From Camelus ferus (Eukaryota), in the NCBI RefSeq assembly GCF_009834535.1, contig NC_045696.1, positions 41,108,001 through 41,172,000 of the forward strand: a DNA stretch of 64,000 nt, given 5' to 3'. Below are positions 53,271-64,000 of the stretch, piece after piece (the first letter of the stretch is position 1; every line of letters begins with the position of its first letter). The notes under the pieces are model-generated. The model had not been told where the DNA came from, searched no databases, and was given only the letters and a program-made list of their open reading frames with translations. A program made the position numbers and the translations under genes.

Positions 53271-53707
53271 TAAAGGAAGATTTATATCCTTTTTTTCTTT
53301 GGGAACCATGCTATTAATACCTTGCGAGCATCTGCTATAAGAATATTTAGACTAAGGGTTGTGGTCACCTTCTGATTTTCATCATGGCAAAAATATAGAT
53401 AAATCAAAATGGGAGGTGAAAATAAAAATAATTCTGTTTGACCTCATAATGTTTTTCTTTTTATTCTTTTGTATTTGTGTGTTATTTGTGGAGAGTGTCA
53501 GAACTTTAAAATAAAGCAAGGAGGCATTATTCAGAGACTTGGAATCAGGGATTTCTTTCTGTGCTTCTTACTTTATGCCTCCTCCCATAGCAAATACTGC
53601 TGTTTACTCTGTTGAAAAGTATTACAAAGGTTTGTCTCTCTTTATATAGAGTTTCTTAGCTGGCAAACTGAATTATATTTCAATATAATGAAAGTACCAT
53701 TCTTTTA

Positions 53708-54129
53708 CTTATTTATTTATTTAATTGAGGTATAGTTGATTCACAATATTGTATACGTTTCAAGTGTTTAGCATAGTGATTCACAATTTTTAAAGGTTAT
53801 ACTCCATTTATAGTTATTTAAAATATTGGTTATGTATTCTCTGTACTCTACAATATACCCGTGTAGCTTATTTGTTTTGTATATGGTAGTTTGTACCTCT
53901 TAATCCCCTACCCCTATGTTGCCCCTCCTCCCCTTCTCTCTCCCCACTGATAACCACTAGGTTGTCATATTCACTAGTTTGTTTTATTTTTTAGTGTTTT
54001 CATTTTCTTTGGGTATATGCCCAGGAGTGGAATTGGTGGATCATACGGTAGTTCTATTTTTCATTTCTCGAGGAACCTCCATACTGTTTTCCATAGTGGC
54101 TGCACCAATTTATATTCCCACCAACAATG
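53708..54129 (-). mobile_element. L1 3'-end insertion with an internal deletion
   Basis: TSD gaaagtacc(a/c)ttctttta at 53690-53707 and 54130-54147. Confidence 0.82.
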
Positions 54130-56739
54130 GAAAGTACCCTTCTTTTAAAGTACGCCCCCACCTCATACCGGGATCACTTGTGTGAACAAATGTGATCACT
54201 GGACCACCTTCGTGAGGCATGAAAAAGTGCTCCTTAGTAAAGGTTCTCTCCTTAAGCGCCAGACCTCTAACCCTGAAAGCAAAGGGATGATTCCTAAAAT
54301 TTTACATAGACTGTTATTAGCTTAAAAAAATTACGATTTAATATTTATTGTGATTACCTTCTGGCAATACTTCTGTATGTCACATACGTACTTTTTAAAG
54401 GTGTTATAGTTTTCAAATAATTTTTTATAAAACCTTATTTACCTTTAACTTGTTCATCAAAGCCTGAGAAAGTCTTTATAAAATTCCCTTTGTCACTTAT
54501 TTTTCTACTAGTTTTTCTTATAGCATTTAGCTGTTTGTCTTTATACAGTTTAATGCCATATTATCATGTTTCTAAAATTTATGAATGTTGTATATTTCTG
54601 GTGCATTATACCTTTTATCAGTATAATGAGTCACTCCCAGTCCCATTTTATTTTGAAATCTAATTTTTTGTGTATTAATATAGCAACTTCTAATTTGCTT
54701 TTATTTGATTTTATCTAGTCTAATTATGCTAGTTCTTTTGTCTTTAAACTTTGTGTCATTTTGTTTTTTACTTACCTCTTTTTAGACCCCATACATTTAG
54801 ATTTGTATTTTTATAATCATTTTCTCATTGTTTTTCCATTTCATTTAAAAAGTTAACCTTTTATCTTTTTAGCTAAATATTAGCTATCAAAACAGATATG
54901 TTTGGTCTTATTCTGACATCTTATTTCCCTTTTTCACATGTATCCATGATTTCTTCCTTAGTTTTACATACTGTGCTATATAAATTATATTTTCTTTTAC
55001 TTAGCCTTCTCTTATTATTAGAACATTTTCATCCTGTTAATTATTTTTGTTTATTATCTGTTACTACAATTTATGAAACAATTTTCAATTTCCAGAGTAA
55101 AACATTGTGTTTTGATCATTCTCTTTAAAGGTAATAGTATGAACACAATTTAGCTGCTTCTTGTCTCCTGGTTTTACTGGTACAATTTAAAATTTATCAA
55201 ACAATTATTATTATTAAATTATATTGTCTACATTATTTTCTTTCAAGGAATATTTATAACATTTGGATTTTGTTTGATAATTATGCTAGTTGCATTCTGT
55301 TATAGCTAAATAGTTTCAGTGTCTTTTGCCAGCCCTTCTATATTGGAATGTCCTATTATTTTGACTTTTAAATTTTAATGAATTTCTCATTAATGATAGA
55401 GTATTTTTGAGTAATTGTTTAATGGATAGTTAGTAAATAATGAAGATTTTCCTAGCTGATAGTTTTTCTTTAGGTACCATGACTTGTGAACCTCAAATTA
55501 GTTTGGCATTTAATTCTTGGCAATAATCTTTTTTTTTATTGAAATTCTATAGGACTTACTGAGATATTACCTTATGGAGAAAAAAATCTTAGAAAGGTCA
55601 GAATTCTTTTTATTTAAAAATTTTTTTTGGTTCTCCTCACTTTTATTTCATCCCTTAGAATTCTTTTTGGAAATAATTTTGGACTCATAAGAGGTTATAA
55701 AAATAATACAGAGAGTTCCTATGTAGCCTTCACCCAGCTCTTCCAATGATAACATCTTATGTAACTATAATATATAATCAAACCCAGGAAACTGACATTG
55801 GTACAATCCACATACATTATTTACTTACAGGCTTTAATCCCTTGAAATGATGGCTTTATTAATTTAACTATGAATTAAATAAATACATATATTTTTATCA
55901 AATAAAATAGAATTATTGTAGTTTTGTAAATTCTTTTGTCCCTTTTTCCCTTGTACTCAAAAGTTAACTTTTCATGTGTACAAGTTTCATCTCCTCAACT
56001 AGATAATCAGTTCTATAGTGCAAGAAACATGCTTGTGTGATTCTTTCACAGTAGATGAAAAGCCAGGTGAAATAGTGTACACCACAAAGAGGATGCTTCT
56101 CTAGAGACCAGATTTTTCATGTCCCCCAAACAAAACTTCTCTCCCTTGAACAATCAGGTTGGCCAGTGACTACTTTTGTCCTTCTGAAGTCCATGTCCCC
56201 TTGCATGCTTCCTTGTGTCATTAAAGCCTTCTTCTGAGGAGTTAGGTACCACCTGTTGGGTATATAAGTTTATCTTCCTGCTTTTGGCCAGAGAACTCAT
56301 CTATCTCTTGCCAATATGTATTGATTTTCTTAGCCAAACTCTCAGAGTTATCTCACCGGAGCACTAGAAGTCTCCTATATCAGTATTTCTAGGGTATGAT
56401 TCAGGAAATACATCCTTTTAAGGCTTGGGGCCCTATAGCTGCCAACCTGGGAGACATCCATGGATTTTTAAAAAATAACTTTTTATTTTGAAATAGTTTA
56501 ATACAAGAAGTTGCAAAAATAGTACAGAGTTCCTATGTACCCTTTGGCCAGCTTTCCCCTATGATAATATCCTATATAACATCACCAAAATCAAGAAATG
56601 AACTTTGGCACAATACTCTCAACTCAACTATAGATGTTTTTGATCTGTTTTTTTTCCACAAAGAATATTAATGGGAAGTTACAACAGGGGTCTTTCAAAT
56701 GCTATAATACATTTTACATTATCTTTCTATTACAGTTAC

Positions 56740-57000
56740 AAGTGAGAGTCTGGAGTGTATTGAACAGAGGCATTTTGGAGCCAAACATATAGTTCAATTC
56801 CAGGCTCTACTGATTACTGGTTGGATAATCTTAGGCAAGTTATTTTATTTATCTGAGCTATAGTTTCCTCATCTTTAGCATAGGGATAGTTAAGGTTTAT
56901 TTCACAGGGTTGATATTATGATTAAATGAGAAGGATTAAATGATAAAGATTGAATTAAAAGCAAGTGTCTGATATTAATAGGACTTCAGTAAGTGGTAGA
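56740..57000 (+). mobile_element. MIR SINE
   Basis: aatcttaggcaagttat…tctgagctatagtttcctcatct…gattaaatgaga. Confidence 0.7.
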
Positions 57001-57281
57001 TTTTATTTTAAAATGTATAGAAAATAGTACTCAGTTATTTTGTGGCTTAACTCCTTGTGCACATTTGGTCTTCATATGTAAAGTACAGAAAAGCAATGGG
57101 TAGAAGTGCTTAAAATTTTTTTTGTCCTTAAATGCACCAAACTTCTAGTTATGTTACTAAAAGCCCAAGAAATGTAGAATCACAGAATTTTAGAACTGTG
57201 AGAAGAATTAGGGAACCCATAGTCAATCTGCCTCTGTTAGGAAATTGAAGATCATAGGTGTCAGAAAAAGAACAAAGTTAC

Positions 57282-58030
57282 TGTGGTGTACTAAAAAATT
57301 AATATTCAGTCTTTTGTTCTCAATTCCCAGCACATAGCTCCTTTAATCCTTGGAGTCCCCTGAGGGATGGGTGCTTTTTGTATGCTAATAAGATGACCAG
57401 TGGCTGGGGCCCCAAGATAGCTTTAGGATGGAGACTGGTCGCCAGAAAGACCAAGACTTGATTAGAAGCTTAGGACTTCCAGCTCTACCCACCAACTTCC
57501 AGAACGAGAGAGGGGTTGGAGATTAAGTCAGTCACCGGTAGCCGATGTTTTAATCAATCATGCCTGTGTAATGCGATCTATATAAAAACCCCTAAATAAA
57601 GGGGTTTGGAGAGCCTCCAGGTTGGTGAACAGTTTGAAGTACCGGGAGGGGGACACACTGGAAAAGGGCATGGAAGCTTCCTGCTCTTGCCTATAATCTC
57701 TTCTGTTTGGCTGTTTCTGACTTGTATCCTTTATAATGAACAGATACTAGTAAGTGAAACTCCTTCCTGAGTGAGTTCTGTGAGTCCTTATAGCAGGTTG
57801 TCAAACCTGAAGTGGGGAGGCTGTAACCAGGTCGACAGAAGTGCGGACAACCTGGGGACCCAACACTGGTGACTGGCATGTGAAGTGAGGGAAATCTCGT
57901 GGGACTGAGCCCTTAACCTGTGGAGTCTGACGCTAACTCTGGGTGGTTGGTGTCAGAACTGAACTGAATTGGAAGACACCAGGTTGGTGTCCCAGTTGGT
58001 TGGTGTCAGGAGGAAAACAGAAACCTCACG
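57282..58030 (+). mobile_element. MER21-like solo LTR, ~250 bp upstream of exon 16
   Basis: tgtggtgta start; cagcacatagctcc, taatcaatcatgcc, tgtatcctttataa, gtgggactgagcccttaacctgtgg blocks. Confidence 0.7.
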
Positions 58031-58279
58031 GTTGCACAGCTAACATTTGGCAAATGGGGACCTGAACTCAGGGCTTCGACGTACGTTCTTCCGTGTAGCA
58101 CTTAGATATGAGAAGAACATTGCCTCAACCCTCTGAGACAAGAAAGTACACAGCAGCTGCTGGCTGGGAAACTCAAGTTCTTGTGCATGATGAGAAGCGT
58201 GGCAGGGTGAAATAAAATCTCTTCTCTGATTCTGTATCTCAATACTTATCTAATATTAAACTTTGATTCTATCTGCCAG

Positions 58280-58540
58280 GGGTTGCAGATTTTTTTCCTT
58301 TACACTGTCAGAACAAAAATCTTCCAGGATGAAGCTTCCAAACTGTTGAATTCATTGTTGTCATCCACTGGGAGAGTGAAGACGCTGCCATCCGTGACCA
58401 CCCTGAGGCTGCGCGTGAGGATGTACAACATGCTCAGGGCGTTTCCAGCCCTGAATGAACACTTCAGGCTGCTGGAGCCATCTGAACTTAACGAGGACGA
58501 GACGCGCTCTCAGAGTGACCAAGCAAACCCAAGCACTTAG
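58280..58540 (+). CDS. ADGRG7: ADGRG7 exon 16 coding part (end of TM7, C-tail, TAG stop)
   Basis: gccag acceptor; GLQIFFLYTVRTK…QANPST*. Confidence 0.95.
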   Translation, partial: GLQIFFLYTVRTKIFQDEASKLLNSLLSSTGRVKTLPSVTTLRLRVRMYNMLRAFPALNEHFRLLEPSELNEDETRSQSDQANPST

Positions 58541-59134
58541 ACAGTGAAACTGCTGCCTCTCGTGTTCCTCTTTTTATTCAACTCATGTAAGTTTCACTTT
58601 TTCTACTTCCTTCCTTTATTACTCTGTCTTTTCCCAGAAAATCTCCCTCAGTTTACTTTGCTCCAGGCTAAGAATCAGGTAAAACTTGTTGTTTATTATC
58701 ATCAGGGATAATGGAGTTGGCAGTTTTTCTGTTATTCAATAGATTCTTACCCCAATGAGGTGAAGAATTCTACTCAGCATTCAGCATTCAGAATAATTTG
58801 ACTATCATTGTTCCCCATACCATAGTCTATGTGACACCTGTGATAAAAATGTAGAACCTAAAACAAGTTCGTTTACAATTTACTGAAAAGGATGTGAAGA
58901 GAAAAATTTACCCGCTGGAACAAAATGACTCCTGATGAACACTGCAGGGAGTTGCTTGTAGGTATCATATTTTTGATCTGTGAATATTTTAAATTTGTAT
59001 GTGCTTATGATTTTATTTCCGATTAAGAATTTTGCAACAATTTAACCTTCTGTTAAAAAAGCGTATTTTGTGTTCAGAAGAGTTCGCCCTATGAGAAGTA
59101 GGCAATGAGATAGAGAAAAATTAGCCAGTTACTA

Positions 59135-59140
59135 AATAAA
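59135..59140 (+). terminator. Candidate ADGRG7 polyadenylation signal (AATAAA); a second candidate at 59728-59733
   Basis: First canonical AATAAA I found after the stop, about 600 nt downstream. Confidence 0.55.
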
Positions 59141-59989
59141 GCATCTAGGTAATTCCTTCCACTTACTTTATCTGCCCTTTTATTGATGAAATGACACTGA
59201 GACTCAAAAAATGAAGAGTTAGTCACAGTCACCCCTTATGGCTTTTAAAAGATCTAGCTACTCATGGAGTTTCAAACACTTGTGTTATGAATGGCTTTCT
59301 AGATAAAAAATGACCTCCCTTGGGGTGGGGAGCATTCCCGCTGGACTCAGGAGATACAGCCTTTAAATTGCTGTGTTCTGTTTTGTCATAAACTAGGCAG
59401 CTGCTGTGAGTGCCCTGATCTAAGGGACTAACAAATGGTATGTGAGCTGCGGCATATCCTTCTTACCACGCTCTAAAGGACATTTTTTTTTTTAATATAA
59501 ATGACTGTTGGATTTCTAGGTGAGCCAAGAGCCTATTGCATTTGTAGTATAATTGAGACTTTAAAGGATAGTGGGAAAAAGTAAAAAGAATATAGAAGTA
59601 AAACAGTCCTCAGAGGCCAGTGTTTTTAGTGGTGTGACACTGCTGTCCCTAGATAGGAGCCGGACTTTGGGAAAGTTGTAAGATGTAGTTGACCTACTGT
59701 ATGTCCTGAAATTTATATTCAGATGAAAATAAACCTGAAGTAAAGGCCACTTTAAATATGAAAAAAAAAATCACCAAAGAGTCCCATTTAGCCTGAGGGT
59801 GGTTTTAGTTTTCTTTGCACTTTTTTCAGCATTCTTGGGGGTAGAGCAACCAAAATTCCATATAATGTTCCTGGAATGGCTGCACCATGAATGTGTGAGC
59901 TTCACATGCGTATTGTGGAGGATAAGCCAGGTGGGTATTGCTGTGACCCACCTACCCTGAAATCCTGCCACTTAGAAATAATTCTGTTG

Positions 59990-60760
59990 TGTTAAGCCTT
60001 TACCTCATGCACTGGTTAGGAATCTGTTTAGTGACAGAGATCCAACTCAGATTAAGTGTCAGAGGATTTAATGGCTCAATTAATTGTAAAGTCCGAGGGC
60101 TGAGTTGGGTTTTAGGCAGGGTGGTTCCATGTTCTGGTTTGCCTGAGCCAGTTGCAATTTGGGCCTGTTGTCCTATCTTCAGTATTATCAGCAGTCTCTT
60201 TTCCTTTCAGGTGTTCTGGGTTGGGACATAAAATACCCACTAACTTTAGGTGTAGAGTTCAAATGCGAGGAGTTCAAAGAAAGTGTAGGGATTCTCTTTT
60301 TCTCTCCCTGTTTCGTGGCTTTTTGTCCTTCTGTTTGACTTCATCCTCACACTGAGTTTTCATGGCTGGAAACTGGCCGTTGGCACCCCCTTCCTCCTGC
60401 CCTGCAGCTCCACGCTGGGGTCTCCCATTGGCTGCAGCCATGAACCTGTGGGGCTCAGTCGCCTGTGATACAGAGCAAAGCAGGGCCAGGGAGAGGAAAG
60501 GACCAAGGAGCTGGCACACCTTGACAGTTGTGTGCCCACAGGCATTATATGCAGGGAATGTTGACCCAGCCTGGGTCACATACCCACTGTGGAGTGGAGG
60601 GATGGGGGATGAGCTGGTTGACAGGATATCCTGGAGCGGAGAGTGGACAGTTACACTGAGGATGGGATGCTGGCAGCAAAACATTGAGGTTGGTCCCACT
60701 ATATCTTCTGGCAAAATATGAGTACGTCTTGGGAAAACAACCACTTGCAGGCTTATCAAT
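59990..60760. mobile_element. Old MaLR/ERVL-like LTR relic(s)
   Basis: agtgacagagatccaactca…tttaatggctca and cctgggtcacatacccac resemble MLT1J/K. Confidence 0.45.
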
Positions 60761-61510
60761 CATTTCCCTTACTCTGAATGAGCCTGTTAGATCCTTGTCT
60801 GAGCAAGATTTGAATGGGGTGGGTAAGAAAAGGGAGAAATTATTTGGAACCTTGGAAGTTGAAGAGCAAGGATAGGGACTATAGGAGCCGAAGGCTAATG
60901 TTACTTAAAAAGACAACTGTAGGGAAGAGAGACTCAGGGTACTGCAGAACTGGTTTTCATGATATTCTGTGGGGCCAATGTTCCCTGTTTCTGGTTTACT
61001 TTGTGTGAAAACAGTCCCCTGTATCCTTCTCAGTTGTGGCAGCATATGTAGTTTCTTCGGGGAACAACCACCCGGACCTTTGATTTCCTTTTCCTGAGTC
61101 ATAACTAACAGTTCAGGGCTCACTGTTTAACTGTCAGAGTATGGATTGCTTTTTCTCTTACCCTTTCCATTTTGAAGTTTATCTTGCCTCTTTTTTTCCT
61201 GTTACCCACAAAGGGAGATCATTCTCAAGCTCATTGCTCTGTTTGTTGTTGCTTGGTATTCTTTGCCAGCGCTTGGGAAACCTGGTCCAAAAGTGCTGAC
61301 TGGATCATACCAGTCTATCAACCACTGGAGCTTTTTCCATGTTCCCTTATGCTCTTTGTTTGAATACAGAAGAATTTAAATAGCTATAATAATAGTAAAT
61401 GAAATTTTAGGTACTTTCAGTTAAAATTAACTAGTTCTTTTAATAATTGATTGTATAATTTAACAAAAGTTACAAAGTTGTTCTATTATTGGATAGCTAG
61501 ATCAGTTCAG

Positions 61511-61575
61511 TTTTTAATATTGTAGTGACATATGATTAATAATGAAAATTTTTAATATTGTAATGACATATGATT
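61511..61575. repeat. 27-bp direct repeat with 38-bp period
   Basis: tttttaatattgta(g/a)tgacatatgatt occurs twice. Confidence 0.75.
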
Positions 61576-62859
61576 TTTCCTTCTTTTTAATTATTTCCTT
61601 AAGATAAATTCTCAGGATTAGGACACAAGTGTCAAAGGAATGGGCATATGTTTAAGTTCCTTGTATAAGTTACTGTATTGTCTCAACAACATTGCACTAA
61701 TTTATAATGTCACCCACATTTGGAGTACCATAAACATTTTTTATACACTGTTTACTTTGGAATTTTATTTTTAAATTGTATGTGTTGTCCATTTATCAAT
61801 TGAACTGTTATTTTTTTCCTCAAATTTATATGAAAGCTTTTCTATTATGGTTATTAGCACTTCAACTATTACATTTGGTGAAAATATTTCCCCTTAGTTT
61901 ATTGTTTTCCTCTCTTTTTAATATAATGAAATACTCACTCTGCATTTTATTCAAAATATCCAAAAGATTTATGGAGCATTTAGCATTTCTTGACTTTAAA
62001 TGTCTTCATACAGGCAGACCGTTTTGTGTTGAGGAATATACTAGGGATTATACAGAAACTTCTAAAACGAAGAACAGGGCCATAAATATGCCAACGGAGG
62101 CCAAATGAATCCTGTACGACAGACACATGACATCTCTAACCCTTCATTATAGTGTAGAGCAGTTGGGTGGGGTTCCATGAGAAAGTTATTTTTTCCTCTC
62201 AAATATGTTCTCTGTCTCTTTGTGTCCATCCACCTTTCTTGAAAATAAAACACTAAATCTTGGAGAAGATTAGCAATTGTTTGTTCTCCCACATACACAC
62301 ACACACACACAACTCGGAGAGATTCAAATGTTACACATGCATCACCTGTATTACTTCAGTTAAATATAGGTAACCTATTACAATGTGTATTGAAAAAAAT
62401 ATATGAAAGTTGCTGAAAAGCTAAGTAAGGAAATCAGGAAGAAGAGAAAATAATCGTAGGAGCAAAAAGTAAGAAGCGAGAGATGAAATTAGTACCCAAG
62501 GAACATTCATAGTGGTCTTGAATTTTTGCTAAGAATGGGCCACAGATTAGACCATAAGCTTCCTAACACCCAACGTATGATGGGTCACATATGATCACCT
62601 GTGATCACACAGGTCACATATCTCTTAACAATTCAACAAACAATACATTTCTTGGGAAAAACACAATGATTTCAATACTATTTGAAATTGGTTATTGATA
62701 CATTTTCTTTTTCTTTTTAAATTTCTTATGTATATGTAATTTATTGAAGTATAGTCAGTGTGCAATGTTGGATTTTTTAAAATATTGAAGTGGTTTTCCT
62801 TCATTTTGGTTATTAGAGTTAATTTTCTGTTTTGTTTGTTTGCTTTATTTTTTTATTTT

Positions 62860-63470
62860 TAAAATGAACTTTATTGACATATAATTTACATGCAATAAAA
62901 TACACCCATTTTAAGTGTACAATTAGATGAGTTTTAACAAATGTGTCCACCTGTGAAACCACCACCTTAAACAAGATTAAGAATATTTCCTTCACCCTGT
63001 GATGCATCCCTCCCCAGTTAAACCTTTCACCCATCCCAGCTCCAGGCAACCACTGATCTGCTTTCTACTACCATGGATTAGTTTTGTCTGTTCTAGAATG
63101 CCGTATGGATGGAATCACACCCTCTTTTGAGTCTGGCTTCTTTCACCATAGTGTTTTTGATACTCATCCATGTTGTGTATTTCAGTTTCTTTTTATTGCT
63201 GAGTAGAATTCAGTTGTTTGGATAGACCACGTTTTGTTTATATATTCACCAGTTGAGAGACATGTGGTCATTTCCAGGTTTTGAAAACTATGAATAATAC
63301 TGATATAAACATTCTCCTAAACTCTGTGTGTGGACATGTTTTCTCTTGAAGTATCGAGTAGTAGAATTGCTGAGTCGTAGCATAAGTGTATATTTAACTA
63401 TATAGGAAACTGCCAGACAGTTTTCCAAAGTAGTTTTACCATTTAGCAGTAGCAATATATGGGGGTTAGT
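62860..63470 (-). mobile_element. L1M 3' end
   Basis: ataatttacatgcaataaaatacacccattttaagtgtaca…caggcaaccactgatctgctttct. Confidence 0.8.
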
Positions 63471-64000
63471 ATTTAAAGTCCTGAATTGTTTCAAAAAGTA
63501 GAAATAGGTCATAAATCCTTTTTGCAAGCCATTGACTGTGTTTCCGAAAAATCCCATTGCTTGATATGTTAGCCCTTTATTTTAACAAAGAAGGAGAAGA
63601 AAAGCAATGCAGAGTGGTGTGATCTAATACTGTCATCTCTTAAAAGCTGTATTTCCCAGGGAACTATAGTCCAATTCTTATCTTCTTCCAGTGGAGTTTT
63701 GTTACACGTGGAAGTATGGCATTGATAATGTGCTGAACTTTGATATAAGCTGCTATGAAACCCAATATAACAATTGAGACCTTCTGGACCTTTGTAATAA
63801 CAAAAAAGAAGATTGATTTTTCTGCCATAGTACTTACCAAGCAATAGCAGACTGGGGAAGCATTCTGGACTGGGAGTTGTGGTCCCAGCTACAAGTTATG
63901 TCACGCAAAGCAAGACATTTGCCTCTCTAAGCATATGTCTACACTGTATCTTTGTAATGGGCAGCACTAGGTGAATTCTAAATTCTGTAGCAGCTCTAAA

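Larger units (their letters stand above)
17334..58540 (+). other. ADGRG7: ADGRG7/GPR128 gene body, coding exons 2-16 (exon 1 not in window)
   Basis: 15 GT-AG exons joined in one open frame (2270 nt including stop). The translation matches my recollection of human ADGRG7, e.g. FCRNGGTWENGRC, HTTNFAVLM, RKVRKTSVTWVLV, FCLFNTTQG. Exon numbering assumes the human structure. Confidence 0.97.

Noticed and set aside
58280..58288. In-frame alternative acceptor 9 nt into exon 16
   Set aside because: Would delete the Gly of the conserved TM7 QG motif; no supporting evidence
60274..60763. 161-aa and 119-aa overlapping ORFs
   Set aside because: Lie in LTR-like sequence and show no domain similarity
62575..62620. 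Repeated GGTCA/TGATCA nuclear-receptor half-sites
   Set aside because: Spacing does not match a canonical ERE or DR element; could be a small local duplication
59200..64000. Start of the downstream neighbour (TFG in human synteny)
   Set aside because: No CpG island or TFG coding sequence visible in the window
1..64000. CRISPR arrays, rRNA or prokaryote-type systems
   Set aside because: No repeat-spacer arrays or operon-like ORFs; this is mammalian intron-rich DNA

Overview
AT-rich, repeat-dense mammalian DNA, probably a camelid judging from its tRNA-Ala-like SINEs (inferred to be the Vic-1 type). The window holds coding exons 2-16 of the adhesion GPCR ADGRG7 (GPR128) on the + strand (17334-58540). 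I traced all 15 exons by hand: they have GT-AG boundaries, matching phases and one open frame of 2270 nt covering the EGF-like segment, GAIN/GPS, 7TM and C-tail. Exon 1 is not visible and presumably lies upstream. The introns contain a full-length ATP6V1D processed pseudogene with TSDs, a very young 5'-truncated antisense L1 with an uninterrupted ORF2, many short L1 3'-end insertions, SINEs, solo LTRs, and MIR/L2/CR1 and DNA-transposon relics. I see no convincing new biological system. The best unexplained signals are a CpG-island-like patch in intron 1 ending in a phase-compatible splice donor, an L1 fragment at the exon-4 acceptor that may supply the branch point, three-level nested retrotransposition, an endodermal TF motif cluster, and splice signals just past the stop codon. 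Repeat family names and boundaries of old repeats come from pattern recognition and are approximate.
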